Source: Acidobacteriota bacterium
Lineage (GTDB): Bacteria > Acidobacteriota > Vicinamibacteria > Vicinamibacterales > CAVVIG01
Direction of reading: 5' to 3'
DNA length: 55,215 nt
Assembly: GCA_046728115.1 (NCBI GenBank)
Contig: JBKPDW010000110.1
Location: 1 to 55,215 of the forward strand
Position 1 is the first letter of the stretch; each line of letters begins with the position of its first letter. Both the position numbers and the translations under genes were made by a program. Below the pieces are notes generated by a model. It did no database searches. It was not told where the DNA came from and worked only from the letters and a program-made list of their open reading frames with translations. Below are positions 16,910-26,419 of the stretch, piece by piece.

Positions 16910-17927
16910 GATGAGCCTCGATGACGCGCGCATAAACCCTTAGATATCCGTCGACCATTCGCTCCACGCCGAAGCGCGACACGGGCTGTTGGCGCACATG
17001 CCGTCGATTCAGCGCGAAGACCCGGTCGAGCCCATTGACCATCTGCTCGAGATCGTCGTACACGATGCCCGTCACCCCGTCGTCGACGACTTCTCTGACG
17101 GCGCCGCGATCGAGCGCCGCCACCGGCGTGCCGCACGACATCGCCTCCGCCAAGACGAGTCCGAATGGCTCGCGGGACTGGATCGGATAGAGCAGGGCGC
17201 GCGCGCCTCCGTATAACGCGACTTTGGCGGCGAAATCGGCTTCGCCGAAGTACATGATCAATCGGTTGTCGACGTGTGGCGCGACCTTCTCCCGGTAGTA
17301 CTCGTCCTCGGCGGCGGCGAGGATCAACCGGATGCCGACCCGTTTGGCGATTTCTATGGCCTGCAGCACGCCTTTGCCGTCCGTGAAGCGTCCGATGAAG
17401 AGCAGGTAGTCATCGGGTTTTTCCCGGAACGCGAAGCCATCGGTGTCTATCCCGTGGAGGACCGTATCGATGATGTTGACGCCGCTCAAGAGGCGGGCCT
17501 GCTCGTTCGAGATGGCGACAAACGGTGCCTCCGGATACCGCGACCACAGTTTGATTTCGGCGTCGCTCGGCGAATGATGCAGCGTCTGCACGATGGGCGT
17601 CGGCGACAAGCGCGCGAACGCCAGCGACATAGGGTAATACGCAGCTTCGTAGTGAATGATGTCGAACTCGGCTGCGCGCTCCACGGCGGCGGCGAGATTG
17701 AGCATCTCGTACAACTCCCACGGCCACATGTTCAAGTCGTGCCAGTACCCACGCGGATAGATCGCACACAGGGCGGCGCTGGTTTTCGAATCGCCGGTGG
17801 CGAACAGCGTCACATCGTGACCGCGGGCGACCAACCCTTCTGTGAGCAGCGAGGTCATCGTTTCCACCGATCCCGACTTCGGCGGCGGAACCATCGTTGC
17901 GACGGGTGCAATGTGAGCGATTTTCAT
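16893..17927 (-). CDS. Glycosyltransferase family 4 (GT-B)
   Basis: MKIAHIAP..PPPKSGSVE, LLFIGRF..KG, EPFGLVLAEAMSCGTPV (EX7E motif). Confidence 0.92.
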   Translation of the reverse strand: MKIAHIAPVATMVPPPKSGSVETMTSLLTEGLVARGHDVTLFATGDSKTSAALCAIYPRGYWHDLNMWPWELYEMLNLAAAVERAAEFDIIHYEAAYYPMSLAFARLSPTPIVQTLHHSPSDAEIKLWSRYPEAPFVAISNEQARLLSGVNIIDTVLHGIDTDGFAFREKPDDYLLFIGRFTDGKGVLQAIEIAKRVGIRLILAAAEDEYYREKVAPHVDNRLIMYFGEADFAAKVALYGGARALLYPIQSREPFGLVLAEAMSCGTPVAALDRGAVREVVDDGVTGIVYDDLEQMVNGLDRVFALNRRHVRQQPVSRFGVERMVDGYLRVYARVIEAHRAGHR

Positions 17928-19042
17928 GAGCACGCCACGTCCAGGAGCCGCGGGAGCACGCGGTTCGCGTCGAAGTACTCACGGGCGATCTCGGTCGCGC
18001 GGCGTGCGTGTCGCTCGTAATCGGCGTTGATCCGGTCGATTCCGGACACGGCTTCGTCGACCGTTGAGAACGCCAGCAGGCCGTCGCCTTCCGGCAGGTG
18101 CGCCGACCATCCGGTGTCCTGCACGAGCGCAGGACGGCCGGACGCCAGATAGCACTCCGTTCGGTCGCTGAACCATCCGGTTCGATGCGTCACGTACGTG
18201 TGTTTCGCGACGCCGAACTCGGCCCTGGACTGATGGATGAAGTCGCGATATCCCTGCGGCGTGCTCGACATCGCCATGGCGTCGATCGTATCCCACCCAT
18301 ACTCGCGAAGCAGCTTCTGCGGACCGTTGACCGCCAGCTGGAACCCCTGGGACGTCCGAGACGGCAGATCGATGAACTTCAGGAACTCGATGTCCTTGTT
18401 GCCGCCGACGTCCGTGAAGCTCTCGATTTGCCACGTCATGACCGTCGTGAACCGATCGCCGCCATTCGTGCGCGGCTGCCAGTCGTTCAGCGTAATCGGC
18501 TGCCACGTCTTCTGCCAGGTGAATGTCCCGGTGGGGACGTCAGATGCCGGCGTGCCGATGTTGGCGCCGAAGGTGAACAGACGATCGAATCGCTGAAAAA
18601 ACTGGACGTACCACTCCACGCCTTTCGCCATGGCCAGCTGCGTAAAGGCGGGATCGGAATCGATGAACACCTTGCGCGGAATCCGCGCGTACTCGTCGCG
18701 CCAGAACCACGATCCACCCGAGAGGTTGATGTACAAGTCGGCGTCGGCGGCATACGTCCGCACCGCATCGGCCGTCGATCCGTGGTAGCTCCCGTCGTAG
18801 TTGACGAACGCCCACCGATCGCCGAGGCCGAACGGCGCAAGGGCGTTGTGAATGTACGTCGTGCCGTAAGCGGGATCGAGCGCGCGGACGTTCTGCACCG
18901 GGTCGTACACGCACTCGCCCGTGTCTTCGATATAGAAAACCTCGTGCCCCAACGCCCGCAGCCCGAGCAGATACATCAGCGAACACCAGGTGACGCCGCC
19001 GAACGGGTAACGAGCGATGATGCCTGCGAACAAAATGCGCAT
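17924..19042 (-). CDS. Putative GT-B glycosyltransferase-like protein
   Basis: N-terminal GG..W..L.Y..GL..LGHEVFYIED; C-terminal SDR..CYLASGRPALVQDTG..LP.G.GLLAF, resembling CgeB/YkvP-type GT C-terminal domains. Confidence 0.65.
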   Translation of the reverse strand: MRILFAGIIARYPFGGVTWCSLMYLLGLRALGHEVFYIEDTGECVYDPVQNVRALDPAYGTTYIHNALAPFGLGDRWAFVNYDGSYHGSTADAVRTYAADADLYINLSGGSWFWRDEYARIPRKVFIDSDPAFTQLAMAKGVEWYVQFFQRFDRLFTFGANIGTPASDVPTGTFTWQKTWQPITLNDWQPRTNGGDRFTTVMTWQIESFTDVGGNKDIEFLKFIDLPSRTSQGFQLAVNGPQKLLREYGWDTIDAMAMSSTPQGYRDFIHQSRAEFGVAKHTYVTHRTGWFSDRTECYLASGRPALVQDTGWSAHLPEGDGLLAFSTVDEAVSGIDRINADYERHARRATEIAREYFDANRVLPRLLDVACS

Positions 19043-19043
19043 T

Positions 19044-19140
19044 TCCAGACTTCAGATTTCAGACTTCAGATTGATTGCAGGATGGATTAGAGATTTCAGA
19101 AATCTGGAAATGAATCTGCAGGCTGACCCTGAAATCTGAA
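19044..19140. repeat. 7-mer periodic repeat with terminal inverted repeat
   Basis: TTCAGAT/TTCAGAC units at 19051-19071; perfect 12-bp IR TTCAGATTTCAG (19051-19062) / CTGAAATCTGAA (19129-19140). Confidence 0.8.
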
Positions 19141-19146
19141 CTGCCA

Positions 19147-20973
19147 TCAGCGACGTGCCGCTTCTATCAGCTCATCGACCGTTTCAGGTTCGTCGAGCGA
19201 CCTGCCGACCGACAGCCTGGCGCACATCCGTCGATAGAGCTGGCTTATCTTGAGCAGCTCTTCGTGACGGCCCTGAGCGGCGATCTTCCCACCGTCGAGA
19301 ACGAGAATCCGGTCGGCGTCGCGCACCGTCGACAAGCGGTGCGCGATCACGATAGTCGTCCGCCCCGCGCGAAGTCGACGGAGCGCGGCAAAGACGATCT
19401 CCTCGGAGATCGCATCGAGCGACGATGTAGGCTCGTCGAGGATGAGAATGGGGGCGTCCTTCAGGATCGCTCGCGCCACGCTCAGGCGTTGACGCTCTCC
19501 GCCCGACAATCCGCCGCCCGCTTCGGCGATTTCCGTCTCGTAGCCTTTGGCCAATCGCGAGATGAACTCGTGCGCGTGCGCCGCGCGGGCGGCCTCCTCG
19601 ATCTCCTCCTGCGCCGCTTCGAGCCGGCCGTACCGCAGGTTATCGGCGATCGTTCCGGAAAAGAGGACCGGATCCTGCAACACGATAGCGATCTTCTCGC
19701 GCAGTTCGCGGACCTTGTATCGCCGCACATCGACACCGTCGATGAGGATGCGCCCGGTCGTCGCGTCGTAGAACCGGGGGATCAGGCTCACGAGCGTAGT
19801 CTTGCCCGCGCCGGTCAAGCCGACGAGCGCGACCATCTGTCCGGGTCTGGCTTCGAATGTGATGTCGTCGAGAACCTTCGTGCCGTCCGGGTAGGTGAAA
19901 CTCACGTCTTCGAACGCCACCTCGCCGCGAACGGCGGAAGCCTCGATCGCGTCAGGCGCCTGGACCGTTTCAGGCACCAGCGCAAACATCGCGCGAACAC
20001 GCTTCGCTCCGGCGAACGCGCCCTGCAGCTGACCTGTGGTGTGGGCAATCGCCGACAGCGGTCCGTACACCGCTCCGAGGTACGAGATGACGACGGTTAG
20101 CTGGCCGATGGTGAGGACGCCGCGCATGACGTGGCGGCCGCCGACGATGACCACCAGCGCGGTGCCAAGAATAGTGATGGTGCTGACGACGACCGAGAAC
20201 AGCGAACTCTGCCACGTCAACTTGATGCGCGCGTTCATCGTGACATCGCCGGCGCGCGTGTAGCGGCCCAGCTCGTGCGGCTCGCGTGCGAAGCTCTTGA
20301 TGAGCCGCATGGCGCCGAACGTCTCGTAGAGCCGTTCGAGAAGCTTCGACTCGAGCTCTTTCACCCGCTCTTCCCTGTTGACGAGCGTGGAGGTGTAGTA
20401 CCGCAGACAGAGGTACATGAACGGCACGACCGTGAGTGACAACAAGGCGATCGTCACGTTCAGCCGAACCAGAATCGCGAACATGACGGTCAGCGATGTG
20501 ACCGAGGTCGCAAGCGGAAAGATGCCGCTCATCACCAGGTTCTCGATCGCGTAGGCGTCCACGTCCACGCGATACACCGCGTCGGCCGTGCTCGTCGTGA
20601 TGTGGTGATGAAGCCCGAGCGACGTCAGGTGCTCGAACAATCGTGCGCGCAGGTCGTAGACCATGCGCTGTCCCGTGTCGACCTGCACCTGCGTCCCGTA
20701 CGCCGACACGAACTGGTTGATCACCTGGAGCAGCACGCCGGCGACGACGAGCACGATCAGCAGTACCAGCCGGTTCCCGCCGTGAATCGGCATCAGCCAG
20801 CCCGCAAACGGTTGCGGGATCGGACGCGCTACAAGCACGTAGTCGATGACCACGGCCAGCGGCCATGGCTGGAGCGCGCCGAGCCCGATTTCCGTCAGCA
20901 GCAGCACGACGAGCAGCGCAACCTGGTTCCGATACGGTCGCAGGAACGACAGCGTCCACACGAGGAGGTTCAT
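19147..20973 (-). CDS. Type IV ABC exporter, fused TMD-NBD (MsbA/NdvA-like)
   Basis: Six-TM N-terminal domain; GLTGAGKTT, LSGGERQR, ILILDEPTSSLD, IAHRLST; ATGA overlap with the upstream gene. Confidence 0.93.
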   Translation of the reverse strand: MNLLVWTLSFLRPYRNQVALLVVLLLTEIGLGALQPWPLAVVIDYVLVARPIPQPFAGWLMPIHGGNRLVLLIVLVVAGVLLQVINQFVSAYGTQVQVDTGQRMVYDLRARLFEHLTSLGLHHHITTSTADAVYRVDVDAYAIENLVMSGIFPLATSVTSLTVMFAILVRLNVTIALLSLTVVPFMYLCLRYYTSTLVNREERVKELESKLLERLYETFGAMRLIKSFAREPHELGRYTRAGDVTMNARIKLTWQSSLFSVVVSTITILGTALVVIVGGRHVMRGVLTIGQLTVVISYLGAVYGPLSAIAHTTGQLQGAFAGAKRVRAMFALVPETVQAPDAIEASAVRGEVAFEDVSFTYPDGTKVLDDITFEARPGQMVALVGLTGAGKTTLVSLIPRFYDATTGRILIDGVDVRRYKVRELREKIAIVLQDPVLFSGTIADNLRYGRLEAAQEEIEEAARAAHAHEFISRLAKGYETEIAEAGGGLSGGERQRLSVARAILKDAPILILDEPTSSLDAISEEIVFAALRRLRAGRTTIVIAHRLSTVRDADRILVLDGGKIAAQGRHEELLKISQLYRRMCARLSVGRSLDEPETVDELIEAARR

Positions 20974-23900
20974 CCGCCGACCCTTCGGGCTGGCGCCGGC
21001 AGCCCGAGTGGACGCGGGGGCACCAGGTTGGGCGCGATCTTCGGTATCACCAGCGGCACGATCCGGTTGTTGCTCGAGTCGGCGACGTAGAGCCAGCCTC
21101 GCCGCGGAGCATATGCCACGCGCGTTGGTGCGCCGAACGCGACACGGCCCTCCTCGCTGATGCCGCGAATGATGCCGTCCGGGCCGACGGCGCGAACACG
21201 CTGGTTGTAGAAGTCCGCGATGAAGATTGTCGTCCGCTCCGACTGCTCCGCCGGCTTGGCCTGAGGGAGGTCATTCTTGGCCGGCGCCGGCGTGACCGAT
21301 TCGACGGGCTCCGCGACGAGCGCGATACCTGCTGGTCCGGCCAGCCGTGCCTCGGTTGCCGGACCATCGTCGCCCGAATATCCCCACATGCCGCTGCCGG
21401 CGACCGTGGAGATGATGTGCGTAAGAACGTCCACCTTGCGCACACGGTTGTGATGCATGTCCGCGATGTAGATGTCGCCATTGGGCGCTACAGCCACGTC
21501 GCTCGGCATGTTCAGGTGCGCGCGCGTCGCCGGTCCGCCGTCGCCGACGTCGTTCGGTTCGCCGGGCATGCCATCGCCGGCTATGGTGTGGATCAGTCCG
21601 GTCTTGGCGTCGATCATCCTGATGCGATAGTTCAGCGTGTCCGCGATGTAGATGTCGCCGTTAGGCGCGGCAGCGACGGCGCTCGGGGTCTGGAGCGCGG
21701 CTTCGGTCGCCGGCTTGTCGTCGCCGTCATACCCGCTCTCGCCCGAACCGGCGATCGTGGTGATGACGCCGGTCGGCCGATCCACCCGCCGAATCCGGTC
21801 GTTGTGCGAGTCGGCGATGATCAAATCGCCGTCGGGTGCGATGGCTACGCCGTCAGGTGTATCGAGCTGCGCTTCGCTCGCCTGGCCGTTGTCGCCGGCA
21901 TAGCCGGCATCGAGATCGTGATTCCCGACAGCCGTCGTGATCACCAGGTTGCGCGAATCGATCCGACGGATGACGTTGTTGTTCGAGTCGGCGAAGTAGA
22001 CGTCGCCCGTAGGCGCCACGGTGATCCCGCCCGGCGCATCCAGCCAGGCTTCAATCGCGGGCCCGTAATCGCCCGCGAACCCCTTGCGGCCGCCAATGAC
22101 GGGCGCAGTGGCGGCCTCGCGGAGCATCAACGTTCCAGCGCTCAGCGTGACGATCATCACCACGAAGATGATCGCGCTGCGCAGCCCGTACATGCGAAGC
22201 GCCACGAGCGGCGCGCGAACCGGCGCCGACCGCAGCTGCACCATGCCCTGGCCGACAGTCACCCACGCGATGCCGCGCCGGACAATCGCGGTCGTCTGGG
22301 CAGTCCGCCACGCGACGGCGATGACCAGCAGCAACGCGAGCGCCGCGACAATCGTTCCGGCGAGCGGCCACCGCAGCGCCAGACCGTATGCCGCGCCGAT
22401 CGACAGACCGGTTCCGAGCATCAGCGTGGTCACGACTCCGTACGACGTCGGCCGGAGATGCGTGCTCAGCCGTACCAGCGACTTGCCGGCGTTGTGCGTC
22501 TCGACGAGCGCGCGGACGTCGAGCCACGCCCATCGGCCGACGAACACGCTGACATCGCGGTCGGCCGACCACCCCTCGTCGATTTCAATGGTCCGGACCG
22601 ACCGCGATCGGCGGAGCCAGTCGGCCAGCGACGTCAGCACGCGATCCGCCGACGTCCAGGTCTCGCTCCAGAAGCGATCTTCGGCGACGTTGCCGGAAAT
22701 GAGCAGCAGGGCACGCCAGGCTTCGTTGAGTGACGGGCGCGGTCTGCGGCTCGTTTGCGCCGGCCTGGGAGGCGGCAGCGCGACTTCCGGCGGCGACAAC
22801 AGCCCCCGGATGCGGCCGCGTACGCGCGCGATCGGCTGCAGGAAATGCAGATACGCCACGGTTGCGCGATACCAGAATCGCGGACCGTGCAGCGACTCCA
22901 TGTCGGACCGGAGCGCGTAATTGATGTTCTTGGCGATGGTTGCCGCGATGCCGACGCCTCCGCTCATTAGGAGCAGTGCAGCTGCCCACCGATGATCGCC
23001 GGTTGCCGTCACGCCAAGCCCTGCGAGCAGCAGGCAGAACGAAATCACCTGGAACTTGATGGAATGCGGCAGAAACGCGAACGGATGAACGTCGGTGCGA
23101 TACACCGACGGAAACGGCGCCGTGCCCCACACGCCGGAGTTGATCCGGGTGCCCGACAGCGAGCGCACGAACGGCAGCGGACTGTAAATGCGTCCGCGCC
23201 ACAGCATGCGGCCGTCCAGGAACTTGTCGGGATGGTGCGCCATCAACCACGTTTCGCCCTCGCCGTAGCCCACCTGCTGCCGCCAGTACGATTTCACCGA
23301 CGCGCGGTGGTGATGCCAGACGAGCGCGGACGAAGCGAACCCGATTTTCCAGCCCCGCGCCTGCAGCCTCCAGCAGACATCCACGTCGTCACCAGCGCGC
23401 AGGAAGACCGGATTGAAGCCGCCGATCGCAACGAGCGCATCGCGCCGGAATGCCATGTTGCAGCCGGGGACGTGCTCTGCAATTCGATCGTCGAGCAATA
23501 CGTGCGTCGGGCCACCGGGCGCGCGCGCGATGCACTGCGCCATCGGCGGATCGTCGGGGGGCACGACGTTCGGCCCGCCGGATCCGACGACATCGGATTT
23601 GAGGAACGGCTGGACGAGGAAGGTCAGCCAGTCCGGGTCCACGTGCGTATCGGCGTCGGTGTACGCGACGATTTCGCCCGTGGCATGTGCCAGGCCGACA
23701 TTGCGAGCCGCACTCAGGCCGCCATTGGGGATGTCGACGACGCGCACACGCGGGTGGGCGCGACCGATCTCGCTGGTGCGATCTCTCGAGCCGTCGTTGA
23801 CGAGTATGACCTCGTAATTCGGATACGACAGCCGATCGAGCGAGGCCAGGCAATCCTCCAGCGTGTCGGCGGCGTTATAAGCACAGACGATGACAGAGAC

Positions 23901-24854
23901 CCAAGGCCAGCTGCGTTGCGCGTCGCGACTGAACGGCGCGTCATCGAACGCAGCGGAAACCGCCTTGGCTGCCGGCTTCGGGCGGCGCTCGCGATCGACG
24001 AGTCCGAAGTTCCAGTCGTCCACGTCTGATCCGCCGCGCCACCATTCGTCGGTCCAGGCAAAAGCCACCGCGCCGCAGGCGCCTTCGTCGAACGCGACGC
24101 GGATGTGCATGGCAGTTATGGCGGCCTGCCCCTCTTCGCCCTCGCGAATGCTGTCAGCGCCCGCTTCGGCCAGCAACAGCGGCTTGTGGCTCGCAATGTG
24201 CTGCAGCCGCGCGATGTAAGCACGCAGGTCGCGCTCGCGGTGCAGGTACACGTTGAATGCGCAAATGTCGAAGAACGAGAGGTCGAGAAACTCCGTTGGC
24301 GGAAAGTTGACGTAGGTCAGCAAGCTGTCGGGCGAAGCGGACTTGGCATCGTCGTACACAGTGTGGAGATACCGCTCGATGCGCCTCCGTCCGTGCCAGC
24401 GCACAACGCCCGGAGGAATCTCATTGCCCAGGGCGAAGACGAGAACGGCTGGGTGATCGCCAAGCTCGCGAACCTTGGCGGCCAGGTCTCGACGGATCTG
24501 GCGGCGGAGCGAGCGGTTGTCGAGAAACGCGACGTGCTGCGACCACGGCAGCCCCACCATCACGCGCAGTCCATGGAGAGCTGCCGCATCGAGCAGTTCG
24601 CGTCGCGGCATCGTGTACGTGCGGATAGTGTTGATGCCGAGACCCGCCATCAGGCGAAAGTCTTCGGCAATCTGCGTCGCGCTGGGGAACTGATAGCCGT
24701 CTGCGTCCGGGGCGAAGGTGCCGTAGGTGACGCCCTTTACAAGGAAGCGTTCGTTCGCCACGCGGAGAAACTTTCCGTCCGTGGCGATCCGGGCGTTCGA
24801 CGGCAGCGGCGTGGCGCGCCGCACTTCGCGGTCGGCCTGAACCGCTGTGCTCAC
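20970..24854 (-). CDS. Multidomain protein: clan GH-A TIM-barrel glycoside hydrolase + GT2 glycosyltransferase + TM segments + C-terminal NHL-repeat beta-propeller
   Basis: GH: GINTIRTY, ALGNEIP (acid/base), LLLAEAG (nucleophile), W.DEW; GT2: VSVIVCAYN, VNDGS, YTDAD, GCNMAFRR, GDDVD, RQQVGYG; NHL: repeated P.GVAVAP.GD.YIAD..N.RIR.VD. Confidence 0.88.
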   Translation of the reverse strand: MSTAVQADREVRRATPLPSNARIATDGKFLRVANERFLVKGVTYGTFAPDADGYQFPSATQIAEDFRLMAGLGINTIRTYTMPRRELLDAAALHGLRVMVGLPWSQHVAFLDNRSLRRQIRRDLAAKVRELGDHPAVLVFALGNEIPPGVVRWHGRRRIERYLHTVYDDAKSASPDSLLTYVNFPPTEFLDLSFFDICAFNVYLHRERDLRAYIARLQHIASHKPLLLAEAGADSIREGEEGQAAITAMHIRVAFDEGACGAVAFAWTDEWWRGGSDVDDWNFGLVDRERRPKPAAKAVSAAFDDAPFSRDAQRSWPWVSVIVCAYNAADTLEDCLASLDRLSYPNYEVILVNDGSRDRTSEIGRAHPRVRVVDIPNGGLSAARNVGLAHATGEIVAYTDADTHVDPDWLTFLVQPFLKSDVVGSGGPNVVPPDDPPMAQCIARAPGGPTHVLLDDRIAEHVPGCNMAFRRDALVAIGGFNPVFLRAGDDVDVCWRLQARGWKIGFASSALVWHHHRASVKSYWRQQVGYGEGETWLMAHHPDKFLDGRMLWRGRIYSPLPFVRSLSGTRINSGVWGTAPFPSVYRTDVHPFAFLPHSIKFQVISFCLLLAGLGVTATGDHRWAAALLLMSGGVGIAATIAKNINYALRSDMESLHGPRFWYRATVAYLHFLQPIARVRGRIRGLLSPPEVALPPPRPAQTSRRPRPSLNEAWRALLLISGNVAEDRFWSETWTSADRVLTSLADWLRRSRSVRTIEIDEGWSADRDVSVFVGRWAWLDVRALVETHNAGKSLVRLSTHLRPTSYGVVTTLMLGTGLSIGAAYGLALRWPLAGTIVAALALLLVIAVAWRTAQTTAIVRRGIAWVTVGQGMVQLRSAPVRAPLVALRMYGLRSAIIFVVMIVTLSAGTLMLREAATAPVIGGRKGFAGDYGPAIEAWLDAPGGITVAPTGDVYFADSNNNVIRRIDSRNLVITTAVGNHDLDAGYAGDNGQASEAQLDTPDGVAIAPDGDLIIADSHNDRIRRVDRPTGVITTIAGSGESGYDGDDKPATEAALQTPSAVAAAPNGDIYIADTLNYRIRMIDAKTGLIHTIAGDGMPGEPNDVGDGGPATRAHLNMPSDVAVAPNGDIYIADMHHNRVRKVDVLTHIISTVAGSGMWGYSGDDGPATEARLAGPAGIALVAEPVESVTPAPAKNDLPQAKPAEQSERTTIFIADFYNQRVRAVGPDGIIRGISEEGRVAFGAPTRVAYAPRRGWLYVADSSNNRIVPLVIPKIAPNLVPPRPLGLPAPARRVGG

Positions 24855-24899
24855 AACAGGTCAATAGCCCTCAAGGGCAAGTTCCTATTGTAGCAGTGG

Positions 24900-25691
24900 T
24901 TAGCGGTTTATCCGGACGCTCCCGCTGAAGGTCTTGAAGCGCATCGATCCCTTGGAGGCCGGTGCCGGCGCTCCGGGCTCTGCTTCCGCCCTGACTGGTC
25001 CGGAGGCGCCTAGCTCAGCTCTGAGGGAACGTCGGCTGCTCGTTCGAAGCATCAGGGGGACATCCGAATTCAGCTGACCGCTGAAGGAGTTGAACGTCAC
25101 CGTCCCCCTGGCCGTTTCGGGCACGCGCACGTTGATGCTGCCGCTGAAAGTGTCCACATCAATCAGTTGGTCGGGTTGCCAGTTCCGGGCGGCGATTTCG
25201 ACCGAGCCGCTGAAGCTGTGGGCGCGAATCGAACCGATCATGTCCTCGAGCCGGATCCGCGACGAGAACCCGTGCACCCTGTGCGATCCCTCGAGTCCGG
25301 TCGCAAAGAGCGGAGCGCTGAAGACCTCGGCTTCGAGATTCGTCCGTTTCGGGACCTTGATGTCCAGGTCCGTTTCGACGATCCGGTTATGCCGGGACCA
25401 ATTCGCGTAGTCCTTGTGGTTCGCGTTGACGACCAGGGTCGACCCTTCAGTGTGTATATCGAGCTTGATATGGTCGAGTCGCTCTCGATCGGCGCGCCGC
25501 GTGGCCTCGATCGACGCGTTTTGTCGCGCCTCGCCGGTAATCGTTACACGGCCGGAAAAGTTCTTGACCCTCAGCGTGCCGCCTGGGGCGAGCGCGGCCG
25601 TTTGCGAGATGTGCTCGGTTTCAATGTCCGCAGCCACAACGAGCGTGCAGCCTGCCGAGAGGACAGCCAGAGCGAAAAGAGCATTTCGCAT
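24900..25691 (-). CDS. DUF4097/adhesin-like beta-strand repeat secreted protein (possible lipoprotein)
   Basis: Signal ending LSAGC; repeated (T/S)FSG.(V/I) beta-strand units. Confidence 0.72.
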   Translation of the reverse strand: MRNALFALAVLSAGCTLVVAADIETEHISQTAALAPGGTLRVKNFSGRVTITGEARQNASIEATRRADRERLDHIKLDIHTEGSTLVVNANHKDYANWSRHNRIVETDLDIKVPKRTNLEAEVFSAPLFATGLEGSHRVHGFSSRIRLEDMIGSIRAHSFSGSVEIAARNWQPDQLIDVDTFSGSINVRVPETARGTVTFNSFSGQLNSDVPLMLRTSSRRSLRAELGASGPVRAEAEPGAPAPASKGSMRFKTFSGSVRINR

Positions 25692-25713
25692 AGACGGTTG
25701 GACGAATCCGTTG

Positions 25714-25748
25714 GGTTCAGGGTTCAAGGTGCAGGACTCAGGGTTCAA
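25714..25748. repeat. 7-mer tandem repeat GGTTCA(G/A) overlapping the hisA stop
   Basis: GGTTCAG GGTTCAA GGTGCAG GACTCAG GGTTCAA. Confidence 0.65.
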
Positions 25749-26412
25749 GCCGGCCGGTGTACAGGGCCATGCCCACCACGGCGTCCACCCCGAGTGCGTC
25801 GAGTTCCTCGATTTCCGCGCGGCTGCTGATGCCACCCGCGGCCGTCAAACGGCGGCCGGTAACTCCCCGGACCTCGCGAATGGCAGCGAAATTGGCGCCC
25901 TGCATCAGTCCCTCGGTGTCCACGTTGGTATAGAGGAATTCGTCGCAATATGGCTCCAGAGCCTTGACGGCTTCGACCGGAGTGAGCGGCAGGACCGTCT
26001 TCCAGCCATGGATGACAACGCGGCCGCCGCGGCTGTCGACGGCGGCGATGATGCGATCACGGCCGATCGCATCGGCGAGCGTCGCGGCAAATTCCAGGTC
26101 GGGCCGGCCGTCTTTGAAGAGCGCCGAGCCCGCGATGACCTGGCCGGCGCCGGCGCCCAGGACGTCACGTGCGCGCGCGACCGTTCGAATGCCGCCACCG
26201 ACGCGGCAGGCGAGCGAGGCGGCAATCATCCGGACCAGCCCCAGGTTGTCGCCCGCGTCCATGGCGGCGTCCAGATCGATGACCTGCACTTTCGGAAAGC
26301 GATCGAAGCGACGGACCCAATGAAAGACATCCTCGTCTCGAATGGCGAGTCGTTCGCCCTGAACGAGCTGCACGACGGCGCCGCCCTGCAAATCGATCGA
26401 AGGAATCAGCAT
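25738..26412 (-). CDS. hisA: ProFAR isomerase (HisA)
   Basis: LIPSIDLQGG..VQL..G, DLD, GGGIR, GW, V..EG..QG, AAGGI; position in the his operon. Confidence 0.88.
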   Translation of the reverse strand: MLIPSIDLQGGAVVQLVQGERLAIRDEDVFHWVRRFDRFPKVQVIDLDAAMDAGDNLGLVRMIAASLACRVGGGIRTVARARDVLGAGAGQVIAGSALFKDGRPDLEFAATLADAIGRDRIIAAVDSRGGRVVIHGWKTVLPLTPVEAVKALEPYCDEFLYTNVDTEGLMQGANFAAIREVRGVTGRRLTAAGGISSRAEIEELDALGVDAVVGMALYTGRLEP

Positions 26413-26419
26413 TTCAGGT

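Noticed and set aside
16112-17927. Calling GT4/PIG-L mshA/mshB or bshA/bshB (mycothiol or bacillithiol synthesis)
   Set aside because: Only family-level similarity; no MshC/BshC ligase in the window, and the context points to glycan tailoring
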